Origin: Macrostomum lignano
Lineage: Eukaryota
Direction: 5' to 3'
Assembly (NCBI GenBank): GCA_002269645.1
Contig: NIVC01002521.1
Coordinates: 62,001-126,000 of the forward strand
DNA: 64,000 nucleotides
Positions 41,652 to 55,093 of the stretch are shown here, piece after piece. The first letter of the stretch is position 1. The number at the start of each line of letters is the position of its first letter. Under the pieces are notes generated by a model. That model searched no databases. It saw nothing but the letters and a program-made list of their open reading frames with translations, and was not told where the DNA came from. Made by a program: the position numbers and the translations under genes.

Positions 41652-43076
41652 TAAGTGAAGAGATTTCATAAGACTATTGAATAACAATATATTTAGGGAT
41701 TCTATTTTGTATGTCATTATAGGAGGTTGCGCGCCTGTCGAGTTAAGCGGCTAAATATGTTTGCTTGCGCCTCCTTTTGATTTCAATTAGCCTTTCAACT
41801 TTACTGGCTTTACTGTTCAATCGAAAGTTTAGAACACAAGTTTTTGTTCGAACGATAGTTGTTAGGCCGCCAGTTTGCTCGCTCGCAAGTTGGCCCATTT
41901 CTACTTTTCCGCACTTATATTTATACAACAAAATTTGCCTCAGTCAGCGTTATTTCAAACCAATAGCAATTGCAAGAAAGTCTGGGAACTATTTTTTTGG
42001 TGCAAAAGTTTGGATGTCTGCGTGCCAGTTTCATGTGAACAGCGAAATCGGACACCGCCGTTGTGCGTCATTCGGCGGCTCCACCAGTGTTGCAGCTGTA
42101 TCGATGTCGCAGATTTTGGGCGCTGATCTCAGCAGTTTTCGTGAGAACCAGACGTTCAGGCGTTCTTAGTGCAAGCCAAGTTCAGCCGGCTAAACTTTTC
42201 TAACTTTCACTTGTGCAACAATTGAGCGTTGGGACGCACAATGAACTCCTGCTGAACTGGTCTTGCTGTCCTGAGCCGATCGGCTGATTGTTGCGTACTG
42301 CTGAGATCGTTGATGCTGCTGCTGCTGATGGTGCAAGCCGAGCTACGTTGGGTGTCTTAGACAAAAGCTAGCGTCCGCAACGTTGGGGCCTACTTCATAA
42401 CTTTGGTCCCCTCGCTCCAGGCTCACATTGGGTCCTCTCGTTGCCGTCCAGCCTCGCCAGGTGACTCGACCAGGTGACACGACCAGGTGACCTAGCCTAT
42501 CCCCGTTCCTAGACTTATGAGCATTTTCTTATGGCTCATAGTCATAAATATGATTATCAGCCGGCTAATATAAGTGTCGGAGGGCGTGGAATATCACGGC
42601 GTTGAGAGTAAAGCGTGACATGGTGAATATATCGAAAGATAAAATTCAGGTACAAAAATTATCAGAATAAGGAATATTTGTGGATACAGTTTGTTTCCGG
42701 GTTAATGTGGTTAGTGTTAGATTATATAGCGTTGTAGCTGGCTTCAAAAAATTCACTTTCGTTTGGTCTAGTCTTGTCTCAAGAATAGGCCGCCCTGCTG
42801 TGAGGCTGCATTGAACAAATGAGCGTACCTGTGGGTGAAGGTGCCTCAGGGATGAGGCGAATTGGTATCTCACCAATTCGCTACAACCCGAGAGCAGGGC
42901 TTCATCCCTTGTATTATCATTTTTGTTCTCTTGCAGCCAGACCCTTCCTAGTACCTTAAGGGTCTGGGTTTGATTCGCCTGCTGCTGTCAACGCTATGTA
43001 AAAATGAGGCCATTGTAGGTTGGCAGGTGAATGTGAGATTGTGAAGAAAGCCCTGAAGAAAACATCTTAATACATC

Positions 43077-45871
43077 ATGGCTTTCGATAACGAATCTCCC
43101 AATAGTACACTAAGCATAGGACACCTGAACTGTAACAAACTAAGCAACAAAATGCATGAGATTATTATGTGGTTGCACAATGATGATATTGACATTGGTC
43201 TCTTCTCTGAAACTGATCTTAAAAACAATGATAAGTTTTACGTTCAAGGTTATGCCATAATCAGGTATGACACTCCTGACTGTAGAAGGGGACTGGCTAT
43301 TGCCTACAAGAATAACCTAAAAATCTCAAATGTTCATAAATATTGATGTCACTCCCAATAATAATCCCTGTAGCACTTTTAGGATCTCCCTTCTCTACAG
43401 AGCCCCCAATCCTGACAACATCAGCACTACTCTGCTTGAGCAGCTGCTCTCCCGACCCAGATCCTTACTCATTGGAGATCTCAACTGTAGACACGCTAGG
43501 CTAGGTGGGGACGGTGTAGATAACTACCCGGGCAAACAGTTGTACGATTGGCTCGACAATCACTTGAACCCCCCCCTTTATCCTCAACTCCTTTGGTGAC
43601 TGCACCAGGATTTATAATAGAGGAGGCAACACGGTTGGAAATGTTCTAGATCTAGGTATCTGTTCCCCTGACTTTATTAACTCTGTCAGTGACGTCCTTG
43701 TGGGCGACGACCTCGACAGTGATCACCTACCTATTATTATCAGGGTCTTCATTGACCCCAGTTCTAAGGTTAAATCTAGGCCTCCTAAGAGTTTTTGGCA
43801 CACTGACTGGGAGGCATTTAAGTATACTCTTCAAGATAAGCTAGAAAACTGTAGCATGATTCGTTCTCGAATCTCTACTTCTGAGGACCTAGACAACGTG
43901 GTTGACAAGCTCACGGAAAAAAATCATGAAACAATTGAAGAGGTGGTCCCAGACAGACCCGAGAGAACAGCTACCTCCAGACATTGTAGAAAAGATCAAG
44001 AACAGAAGGAAGCTTCGAAAACTTTTTAAAAAGACCAGAATTGACGCTTTTAGAGTACAGGCAAATCAAGCTGCTAAAGAAAACAGAAATGCTATTAGAA
44101 TGCATAGGTATAGAAAATTTGAGAATTTGTGTCAGAAAATTGCTAAAACTAGCTATAGGAAAGAACCGCGTCAATTCTGGATTGACATCACGAAAATGAC
44201 CGGACAATCCATCAAACAGCGTTGACCTAAACTGAGCAAGAAACTGCAAAATTGTTTCAAGACTTCCTCGAGGACCAAATGCAGCCCCATTCGGACACCA
44301 AATCCCTTCTCTATAAAAAGGTCATTTCTAAGGAAAATCATGAGAATTTCCGGCCCCATGATTACATGGTCAGAGCTCTGACCTACCACAGGGACAGGGC
44401 TGACCCTGATGATCTTGATAAGGAAGATATAGAATCTGACATCCTTAACATCCTAGATATTGACGTCCTCATGGAAACTAAGAATCTCAGGTCTGGGGGA
44501 GCCCCTGGCCCTGACCAGATCCCAAATATTGTCCTTAAACGGGGGCTTGGTCCGGACTCTGTCAGAACCATCGCAAAATTTTCAATACGAGCTGTCTTCT
44601 AGGCTATTTTCCCAAGGCCTGGAAGCGGGCAACTATCAAAATGATCCCAAAACCTAAGAAATCTAGACATGAAATCAACAACTACAGGCCAATCAGCTTA
44701 ACCTCCTGCTTGAGTAAACTTTACGAAAAGATAACTGCTAGGAATCTTAGAATTATCTTAGAAAACAAGGGCATTATTAATGAAGACCAATGTGCGTACA
44801 GACAAGATCACTGTACGTTTGACAACATTGTGCGACTCACAGACGATATACTAAAAATGAAGCAATGGAGACAAGTGTCACTCGGTGTTTTCTTTGACGT
44901 CAAGGGTGCCTTCGACGGTGTCTGGCACAGCTATCTCAGGTATAGTCTCCTGAAGAGTGACCTGCCGCACAACATGATCAGGACCTTGTCCAGCTACCTA
45001 GAAGATAGGGAGATCTTCATCCAGGCTGGGGGGGGGGCGATCAGCAAAGGTTTCAAGCCCGCTGCAGGTGTTCCACAGGGTGGAGTACTCTCTCCGCTAC
45101 TATTCATCATTTATGTCAGCACGATCCCCATCTCGCGTGACATCAAGGTTAAGAAAAGCCAGTTCGCAGACGACCTGACCGTCTGGGCGAGCGCCAGAAC
45201 ATCTGCGATTGCGGCCAAAAAGTTGAACAGCTACCTTGTTGTCCTTAAAAATTGGCTTGACGACATTGGTATTTCCATTAATCCCACCAAAAGCAAGGCG
45301 ATGGCCTTCTTCAGGTACAAGAGTAATTGGTCCACTGGCCCCGCCAAACCTCCGCTTAAACTTGGTCAGGACTTGATCCCATATCATGATTCTGTTACAT
45401 TCCTTGGCATCACACTCGACAAGGATCTTAACTAATAGGCAACACATCTCAAAGACTGTTGGCATCTCCATCGCCAAACTCGAGGCTTTGAGAAGAATCG
45501 CTCGCAACACGAGAATCTCCCAACTTGCGCTTCGACTTCTTTATAGGTCCTACATTGAAAGCAGCATAACCTATGGTGCTCCAATTCTGGTTAACACCTC
45601 TGATGCCCTCATGCAGAGTCTTCAGCGGCTTCAGAATCAGGCACTGAGGGTTGTGCCTGGAGCCCCTAAACACACCAAAATTAATTACCTACTACATGAA
45701 ACCACCAAGACGCCTAGGCTTAGGGAGAGGATATGGAACCTAGGCCTTAGGTGGTACAAAAAGGTTCTGCTCACAGGAGTGCAAGACTTTCACTCTGATA
45801 AAAAAATCTGGAGCAGACCAGGGTTTAGAGAACCAGTCACGACTAAATTCAGGAAAGCCATTAATCAATAA
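43077..45871 (+). pseudogene. LINE family C ORF2 (APE-RT), copy C2, frameshifted
   Basis: IGHLNCNK, FSETD, GDLNCRH, SDHLPI, PGPDQIPN, YRPISLTSCL, FDVKGAFDGVWH, GVPQGGVLSP, QFADD; 3'UTR matches C1 to about 46010. Confidence 0.92.
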
Positions 45872-46587
45872 CATTAATATTAAAAAATTCACCTCAAGCC
45901 GTTCCTGGGTGAGATCCTGTCAGTTGATTGATCCTGTAGTGCCGTAATTAACTGCAGCGTGCAAATCTGTTCGTACATATCAAAAAGTTTTACTACTTAG
46001 GACAAAAAAATATTGCCGTACTACAGAACGGCGCCAAAGGTTATCCCCTGCTTTCCAAAGGGTACTAGCATGAGCTAGGCTGCATAGCCCTCTCTATTCA
46101 CAGCTCCCTCAGGCCAGGGGACGTTTTAAACCTGGAACCCCAAACCAGGTGGACCAATAGGCCCTTAACTCTGTCTGAGTGAGCTGATATTCACTCCTGT
46201 AGGGTTCGGATCGCTATTTATAGTTTCAAAAATTTGACTTGACTATTACGGAAACTTCGTTTTCGTTAACTTACTCATAGTAGTGGCATTCAGACTCAAC
46301 TATATTAATCAACAAAAATTTCGAACAGATTTGCACCTGCAAAAATACTCACTAGGCTTTGTGATTCTTTGTGACTTTTATGTAAATACCTATTTCAATA
46401 TCAACTGTTTTACCTATTTTAATTGCTTAATTTGTTTTATAGAATACTTGTAATCTCTTATTTGTTTTATTGAATTCTGTAAATTTTTTTAAGATTGATT
46501 ATCTATTTGTTTTATTCAAAATCGAAACTTTATACCAATACTAATCGTGAATCCAAATTATATCATTAGCGTAAGGGCCCTTGAATA

Positions 46588-49500
46588 CACAGCGCGCAGG
46601 AGCTGCGTGTAAGGGTTAAAAAAATCAAGTACAAAGCGACCTGCTTTATTGTGTTCACCATTACCTGGTAAGTATTTTTCTAGAGTTTTTAAAAAATCTG
46701 CCGATGTCAAGCTCCACAATCAGTAAATTATTTAATTAGCATTAATTGCATGGCGAAAGGTCTAAACAAGTCATGATTTTTATCCAAGGACCATTGATTT
46801 TTTAAGCTAGGGTCGTTGCACTATTACATGCATGTTATGTATAGTGTATTATATAATTTTTGTGACAGTTTATTGTATAAATTCGTGTGCATAGCCTAGA
46901 ATTGGAAACAATTTATAGTGTTAAATAAATAGAAAGTAAGTTACACATAGTAATAGAAAAGTATAACTAAAAAACAGTAAGAAATACAGATAGGCGACAA
47001 ATTTATGTCTTTTCAAATTGTAGAAAATAATTTTAGTTCTTGGTGTAGCCACAGTTGGAGTAAAGCTGAGAGAAAATTTGTGGCAGAATGTCCATAGACT
47101 ATTTCGTGCCATGAGAGTCTAAAACACTGCATGACATGAGAAGCCTTGCTGTGAAGTTTCAGGGGTTGATTTGTCTATGACCAGACCTCAAAATAGAGAG
47201 CTCCAACTGTAACCTCACCAAAAATTAAACAAAAAACCTGAATTTGTCCCCTATTTGTCAAAACAAGACTTCTGGTGCACCAATCGGTTTTAAAGTAACT
47301 CGGATATTATTGCACCTTCAACAGAACTGCTTACAGCACAGTAGCCCATTTTACAGATGCCGCGAGCTGTACACCGTGATGCACCTAAGCAAACGCCGAG
47401 CATACTCCGGATGAGTTGCATCCACCTTGAAGCGTTGACTCCACATGTCGCTGAAGTCGCGATGTGCCGACTCCATCGCCTGCTCAGACCAAAACCCAAG
47501 GCCTCGGCGACACCCATATTGTACTGCCATCGCTTCCAAAAACTGCGGCACGTGGTCAATGAGGGCATGGGCCTTCGGAGTGATGTTGATGGCCAGAGCG
47601 TGGTATGCCGCCTCGAACTCTTTGACTGCTGTATCATAGCCTTCAAGCAGTTGTTGGCCGAAGCACTTCTGCTGGACAGCTCGCAGGCAGCTGAATGCAT
47701 GGGCGACAGGCACTCCGCTGAAGGCAGCATGGTCAGCGAGGATCTGGCGCAGGCTGTCGACTCCACCAAGCAGTCGGTCGCACTCATTGCCATTGAACTG
47801 GCTGCCGTGATACGGTGAGCGCCGTACGTGAAGAGCCTCAGCCCACTGTGCACCACGGACTCCGTCGGGACCCAATGCTGTCAGGCGCTGCTCAAGCTCG
47901 TCGTACAGCCTGTTGACAAGGCCTAGCAGCAGGTGGAGCTCCATGGGTGGCACGGCTTCTAGCGTGTTTGAACTGTCTGGCCAATTCAGCAGTGGTTGCC
48001 TGATGCAGTTGTGGAATGGCTCTCCTGATGGCTTTGAGCTTCGTTGCCCCTCGATGCGCTGATACTGGGCAGCTTGGCTGCGAATAGAGCCAAAAGTCCG
48101 CAATCTGACACTGCGATGGGGATTGGCGAACTCTTTTCGAGGCGTCTCGCACCACGGGCAGGGATGGGCGCTGCTGGCGCTCTGCAGTCCAAGAAGCACA
48201 TTTGCAAGTTTCATGTCCACGGAGCTGCAGAAAGACACGTCTTCTAGGTTCAGCAGATTGAGCACAGTTTGCACGTTCTCATAGTACTCCGGTACTTTTT
48301 CAACTGCTGCGATAATCAATAGCTTCCTTACACCACCTTCGGCAAAAGGGCTGCTGCCGGCCTCGGTGACACCGCCTAGTAGAACAGATGACTGCTCCCC
48401 GGACCGGACCAATGTCATGCAAACTTTAAAAAAGCCGCGTCCTCCATCAATACCAATCTTAAGCAGGAAGCTGCCAGGATCAGGATCCATTCTCCGCCGT
48501 GCCAGCACGTAGCCCACCAAGCCAGAGACGTTGGAGCAGAACACAACAGTCCGCGTTTCAAATTCGCCCGTGCTGCAACGGACTGGGACTGACTCTGTTG
48601 CATAAAATGGATCCAACTCGCTATTCAATTCTGCCAGGCGATGCAGGAGGTTTGGCTCGATCGAACTGCGACCCTTCCACTCACGGAAGAACTGGGCCGC
48701 CTGTCTGGTTTGCCGACCACTCAAACCGATCGCATCCTGCATCCTGGCAATCTCACTAGCCGGCACTGATTTGTCACCAAATGCACCCGCGGAGCACCTG
48801 CTACTCTGAGCGGACACGCTTAGCGTGATTGGGCGGCCTCGAGTTGCCAGCCGAATAGGCGAATCGCCACCTGCGTCTGTTAACTTGGCTTTGAGGACGT
48901 CACTAGCATGAATTTCTGAACCACGCGGATCACGTGACAGCTCAGAGCAGATGTTATTTAGCCAGCGAGATTGCGTACAGGTGTGGCTAAGACCCCTGCC
49001 AATGGTGGAGTGACATCTCTGGCAGATGGTGATGGGACGAGCAGGTGGCACCTCCTTGTTTGGCGAATCGGTTTTCGGTCTGCCAAGGCGATGCGGCTCC
49101 GGCTTCCAGGTGCCGAGTCCTTTGCCGATTGGACTTTCTCTGGCAATCTCACAGAGACAGCAGCTGCACTTCGGGTGGCCCCTTGTTTCCTTTGTCGGTA
49201 CGACTTTTGAAAAATCAAAAGGGGCAGGAAGAGCTTCAGAAGTTCGATTCCCCCGTTCAATATCCAGCAGCAGACCCTGGCATCGAGCACACAGAGCAGC
49301 TGGGAGAAACTCGTTCTTCAAATCGTAGTTTGCATAAAAGTACCGCTGGATGCGAGGTAGAGCTGCTTTGCCAATGCGCTGCATGCCTGACCCGCGCTTA
49401 AAGCACACAATGCAGACCTTCAGCCGGTTCTCTTCGTGAGATTTTGAGTAGTTTGGCATGGTGGTGTTCAGTTCAAGGCTTTTCAATTCCTAAATGCTGA

Positions 49501-49958
49501 GATGAGCTGATTTATGATAAATTAATCATTTATATAGCTCAAAAACAAAAAATCTGCCTGTCTGAGAGTGACGCTAAATGCACTCCATTTTTTCGGTGAC
49601 GCAACTGACGCTACACTGATAGAGGTTGATCATGCGCACTTAGGGGTGTACGGCGCCTCAGCTTTCGCTATTCGTCATGCATGTACACTGTGCCTTGGGG
49701 CTTGGGGTACGCACTCATGGGTGTGTATTTTGCCTTTAATTTAAAAAATCAATGGTCCTTGGATAAAAATCATGACTTGTTTAGACCTTTCGCCATGCAA
49801 TTAATGCTAATTGAATAATTTACTGATTATGGAGCTTGACATCGGCAGATTTTTTAAAAACTCTAGAAAAATACTTACCAGGTAATGGTGAACACAATAA
49901 AGCAGGTCGCTTTGTACTTGATTTTTTTAACCCTTACACGCAGCTCCTGCGCGCTGTG
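46588..49958 (-). mobile_element. Chapaev/Transib-like DNA transposon, copy 2, 3371 bp
   Basis: Same TIRs and identical translated ORF set as 21120-24491 (offset 25468); flanked by a 4-bp AATA duplication. Confidence 0.92.
47351..49459 (-). CDS. DDE transposase, 702 aa (identical to copy 1)
   Basis: Translation in the ORF track is identical to 21883-24018. Confidence 0.9.
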   Translation of the reverse strand: MPNYSKSHEENRLKVCIVCFKRGSGMQRIGKAALPRIQRYFYANYDLKNEFLPAALCARCQGLLLDIERGNRTSEALPAPFDFSKVVPTKETRGHPKCSCCLCEIARESPIGKGLGTWKPEPHRLGRPKTDSPNKEVPPARPITICQRCHSTIGRGLSHTCTQSRWLNNICSELSRDPRGSEIHASDVLKAKLTDAGGDSPIRLATRGRPITLSVSAQSSRCSAGAFGDKSVPASEIARMQDAIGLSGRQTRQAAQFFREWKGRSSIEPNLLHRLAELNSELDPFYATESVPVRCSTGEFETRTVVFCSNVSGLVGYVLARRRMDPDPGSFLLKIGIDGGRGFFKVCMTLVRSGEQSSVLLGGVTEAGSSPFAEGGVRKLLIIAAVEKVPEYYENVQTVLNLLNLEDVSFCSSVDMKLANVLLGLQSASSAHPCPWCETPRKEFANPHRSVRLRTFGSIRSQAAQYQRIEGQRSSKPSGEPFHNCIRQPLLNWPDSSNTLEAVPPMELHLLLGLVNRLYDELEQRLTALGPDGVRGAQWAEALHVRRSPYHGSQFNGNECDRLLGGVDSLRQILADHAAFSGVPVAHAFSCLRAVQQKCFGQQLLEGYDTAVKEFEAAYHALAINITPKAHALIDHVPQFLEAMAVQYGCRRGLGFWSEQAMESAHRDFSDMWSQRFKVDATHPEYARRLLRCITVYSSRHL

Positions 49959-50103
49959 AATAGGGCTGAAGCGCTCGTACCTATAAAATGAAAAAATGAA
50001 AATGAGATTACACAACCAAATTCAACAGCCAGCTTGACTCAAGCCTTCCCAAACTACCTTTGTGATTTTTACCTTCCCGATTTGATCTAATTAAAAAGAT
50101 TAA

Positions 50104-51008
50104 ATGGCCTCCGACGACGAATTTAAACGACTAGAAGAAGAGCTTGCTCTGTCAGACAGCAACGCGAGTGAATTCGATCATGAGGAAGAAGAGAATGAGC
50201 CTTGCCCCCCTAATCGTCAGCCGACTCGCCCAAGCAAACCCGGACCGAAACCAAAGATCGCGTCAGTTGTCACTCGCCCCCCAGCTAAACCGATTAGCAG
50301 CTCGCCCCAGAAGCGCAAACGACTGCTGGAGCGCCAAGCCACCGCCCCGTGGAGCCCTCGGCCGACATTGTCCGCCGCCAGCCCTCCGGCTCCCGCGCCG
50401 CCCAAGTTCTGCCCCCAAGTGAGGCGCCGCCCATCATTCTCCGAGTTCGAGAGAAGCCAGTCACTAAACAGGAGCCCAGAGAGCGCTCCAGGTCTCCGGC
50501 AAAACCCATCGTCCAGCCGGCTCCGCAGTATGGCGTAAGGCCACCCCATCAGGCCAGGCCAGGACCGTCGAATCCTGTGCCAATCGATCTGCGTGTGCAG
50601 ATCCCGCCATTGATGGCCAATGCAGTGCCACGCCAGCCTCCACGTCAAAAAATAGGCGAGGATTTTAACCGAATCATTTCGGAGATGCCAGAATTCCGCC
50701 GTGCTCAGTTTAGGCAACAGATTGTAACGCTTAAGGTCTACTTAGTAAAGGTTGGCATATTTCGCCTTGACGGTCGCATGTTCCCACAGAGAGTAGAAGT
50801 CACCGTCGCCATAGAAGAGCTGCAGCGCATGCAGCTGGCGCAAGCCATCGCTGACTGGCGCCGCGCCACCAATCATGCTCTGCACGATCTGACTAGAGGC
50901 AACAGACAGTACAATCGAGATAATGTGGCCACCGAGGTGTATTGGCTGGGCCAAAGCTTCGGTTGGCCCGATCCGGATGTCCTACCGTGCAATTTCCGGT
51001 GGAACTAG
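50104..51008 (+). CDS. Uncharacterised protein, probably one frameshifted gene (acidic/Pro-rich N-terminus, helical C-terminal domain)
   Basis: Two overlapping + ORFs (50104-50538 and 50349-51008) in a GC-rich island followed by an AT-rich UTR-like region. Confidence 0.45.
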
Positions 51009-53232
51009 CTGAAGAAGCATTATTATTGCATGACATTTAAACATTTATTTTCTGCGAAAAATCACTCACAATTTTTATAACAGCTTTGTGCCTAGTAAAA
51101 ATTTGAAATTTTTTTTTGCATTTTTGTTGTCTTTTTCTTGCATGCATTCGTTGCCTAATAAATTTGCTGCTGCGTAATCATTTATCATCTATTTTTCTTT
51201 TATAGCCTGCTTTTATACATGTAATAAGAATTTTGTCTCACTATTAAACATTCGAAAAATTCTTCAAGGAAAGCCAGTTGATGCAGCAGTAAATCATTGA
51301 GTTATCTTAAATGCCTTAGTACTCGTTAAACTCGTTACACAAATTGTATGCTCTCTCTTAACCGAAGTATTCTATTTATTTTGTCTATTAAGAACTGTCT
51401 TAATAATGTATCTTGCCATAATCTGCATACAACACATAATATATAGCATAAATTTGTTTAAAATTGTCCGCCATTTTCACTAAAATTAGTATAAATACGA
51501 GCAAAATAAATCGATAGAGAGCCGAACTTCTGTGGCCGCCTCTTTGTAGTAGGCTTTGCCTTTCGGCCAAAATGAACAGTTGTTCTAAAAATAGTAAAGG
51601 TATAAAAGGACTCTGTGTCATTCTTTTGAAGGCGCCCGCCTTTCCCCTTCCCCAAGAGGTCTTGTTCAGCTTTAAGCGTACAACCGCCTCTCCCCTCTTC
51701 CCTATAAGGCATTTGTTCAGCTATAAGCGTACAGCCCTTTTCCCTTCTCCCCAAGAGAACGTACAGTCTCTTCCCGAGTAATTATCTCAAACCCCCCTTT
51801 CCAGTTGAGCAGGCGTACCGCCTTTTTCCCCTTTTCCCCAGATCTCTAATTTAACCTGGCGATCTGCCAACTCCCCATCCAGACGCACTGTCTGCCCAGG
51901 TCTTTGCCTATCAAGAGGCCCTTCCCTTAAGATTACTCTACCTCCCTATTCCATTAGACTTTCCGTACCCACTTAACTCCCCCTACTATTAGGCGCCCGG
52001 CCCTCATTCAATTCCCTATTAAGCGCATCCCTCCTATGTCAGCATCCCTTATCAGTTATTAGAATTCCCTTTAGTGCGCCAGTTTCCCAGGCAACTCTGA
52101 TCCATCGCGAAGCCCTTATTCCCCTTCCCCTCTCTAGATATCCGGACTGAGTAGAAATATAGTGTCTTGCCGCTCGGACACACCACGCCACGAGGAGCAA
52201 CTTAAGGCTTACTCCTGTTAGTAGTAGTAATTGCATATTGCATATTGCATCCCAAATCCTAAGAAATTCCCGAAAATCCCCGGCAACCCCAGACCCCTCT
52301 TATAGCAAATTCGGTTACAGCAGTATAATTGTTAAACAGAGAGCCAAGAAGTCTGTAACACTTACAACCACTCATCTAAAGGGGATAACATCAGTCTACC
52401 ACCACCCCCTCCCTAGAACAACATAATCTAAGGGCGAGAAGTAGCGGAATCTCATTTAAGTTACATGACATAATTATTAGTATGCATCCAAAAAACTGAA
52501 AGGCCAAAATCATTTTCAATCTGGCCTTCACTTGAGGCCAAAATCATTTGTATTTCGGCCTTTTAAAGAGCCAAATTTTATCGCAAACTGGCCTTTACTC
52601 AAGACTGAATTCTTTCCTCGGCTAGCCTCCGCTCAGTAAAAATGAAAATCAACCCCCCACGCACGCGACGCCCACAGCCATGTGTACTGAGAGGCCAAAC
52701 CCCCAACCCCCACTAAGCAGCCACTCACCCTACTCTAGACAATACTATCGATTTTTCCTTGTGGATCGTACATTCTAGAAACTTCTAGAAACCGTCACCC
52801 CAGCTGGCTATATTAAACTAGAAGCATAAACAATAAACAACCCAGACCTCTTCGCTACCATGCATGCCATCTTTTGCGACAGACCAAAAACGTTTAAAAG
52901 AACTCGAAGCTAAGTTAGAACAGGAAAAGAGAAAGGCAAAAATATTACACAGCGATAGTGATATAGCTAACTTAAACATTAAAGAAATATTTAGAACTTG
53001 GAATAGATCTTCCTAGAAAAGGAACAGGGATTTCTTGAAGTAAAGGTAAGACTCAAATCTGTGTACTTTTATCTGTGCATTTGTCTGGTAATTTTTATTG
53101 TTATTTATATCATTGTTTCATTTCTTACAATTTGAAGGCTGTAATTCATCTGGAAGAAAAAATCCGCTTGAAATAACAAGAGTTAGAGAACAGAGTGAAA
53201 TCGGAAAATATCCCCGATGGGCTTGACTGCAA

Positions 53233-53721
53233 TGTTTGGACACCCTGAGTGACGTCAGTCACGAGGTCTGGAGCACATTGGGACTTTGCCCAGAGGTCCT
53301 GAGTGACGTCAGTTCTAAAAATAGAACGAGTCACGAGGTCTTGTGCAATGGGACAGAGGTGAATCCCGAGCTATAAATAGGACCCCTCTCCCCTTGTTTC
53401 CGTCAAGGAGTTTTCTGGTTGAGTTTTCGATCTTCCGATTCTAAGCTTGAATCTAAGTCACTCGTTCTCTAAGTGTCTGTCTTGCGTACAACATCTCTCT
53501 GCTATTGGTCTGAATGAAACCTAACTGAAACCAACCCGAATCTAAGAGAGACTAACACAGCCCTCCCTGTGTCAACCAAGCCCGGCAGGTGCTGCTGACG
53601 AGACGCCTAGCACGTTGAGCTGCAAATCTGCACTTGGTGCTGTGTTCGTTGACTTCGTTATTTCGTTCCGGAGGGAAGCTCACCTCACCGAAGGCCGAGA
53701 CCTAAAGGAACTGGTGGCAGC
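53233..53721 (+). mobile_element. LTR-like sequence with adjacent primer-binding site
   Basis: TGTT start, duplicated TGAGTGACGTCAGT and GTCACGAGGTC motifs, TATAAATA at 53372, ends ..GGAAC then TGGTGGCAGC (53712-53721), complementary to a tRNA-Leu 3' end as I recall it. Confidence 0.5.
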
Positions 53722-55093
53722 ACTACCTACGCTACTGAGAGCTAAGAGAACTTCCCACTGAAGAGGCTCGAGACTTAAGGTAATCTTAAGGGCCTAAACC
53801 GGGAAGAAAACAGCGTTCTACTTCCCTTGGGATAGAAATAGTAATCACCGGATGCTGATGTGAAATGCCTGTCTATCTTATATACATCAAGACTAAAGTA
53901 TGGGTCTGTTGCTCTTCTCTTTGTGTCCTTCTCTAGCTCTCCTGGTAAGTAAAGGAAGCGAAAGAATTCAGTAAGAATGTCCGGAGAATATTTTCCTGGG
54001 AGCTTTGGATAGTGAGGGTTGGGAATCATGTTTTGATTCAACTGTGTCTTGTTTGATGGCAGTGATTGGTTTCAGGTTTGTCATTCGAGATCTTCATTTC
54101 ACTTCATTGTTCAGTTGATTAAACAAGGGGTGGGGTCCTATCGACCTGGTCCATGGTTTATGGTGTAGAACAATTATCTTAACAGTTGGGTCGCATGTAT
54201 ATTTAATGAAAATAACAAAGGGTTGGGTTCATCTTTAATTACATGCTGTAACCATTATGAATTATTTGTTTTCTTCATCTTCAGGTTCCCTCTAGCTTTT
54301 GGCTCCAAAGAGGCGAAGCCAATGAAGATGGCGTGTCCAATGATCCGCCTTCTGAGCCGACTGCGATAAGTACGCCTGTTACTACTGCGATAAACTCAAA
54401 CAGCCACGCTGCCGCGGTTGCCTCTCCTGCAATGGCATCTAATCGCGAGCTTCTGGTCCCGAATATTATCACGCCGGACGGAGTTTGCACGCCGCTCCCT
54501 TACGTGACGTGACGCCTTACGACCGAGCTAGCCAGAGGAGTGCAGAGCGGTCCCTGCCGCTTCTAATTGTAGAATTATTTAGTGTAACATTATAAGATAG
54601 TTAAAGTTAATAAAGTACATTATTATAGCTCTTCTATCATTTTCATTAGATTCATTTTAGGTCGTAATTAAACTTAGCGTTTTAACAAATCATTTTATTA
54701 ACGTAAATACGTAATATACGTAAATAATTTGTGCTTTTATAGACTTTTTTACGTTTTAAAAACTTAAATAAATTTATTTTATAGCTTTATTGCTTTCAAA
54801 TTGCCATAAAACGAATTTTCATAAAACTTGCCCCCGATTTTTGGATTTCGCCATTTAATGATCTATTAAGTAACTATCATCTATTACCTTATTTAAGGTT
54901 GTAATACTTAGGACTGCTGTTCGATGCAATCAATTATGTTCAATTCCAGCACCCAAGCAGCCTGGCTGGCTAGCCGTGGTTTGGCCACTCGGCCACGTTC
55001 TGATACTTGACGGCGCTGCCTAGCGAGTTATTGCATCCTACCATAACAGATCAGCACATTCCATCCACAATTGACTCCTTCGTCTTAAGCAAA

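Noticed and set aside
31381-42619. TGTCACG...CGTGACA as outer termini of the Gypsy element
   Set aside because: No matching TSD (GAACT vs TGGTG) and no shared LTR sequence at the two ends.
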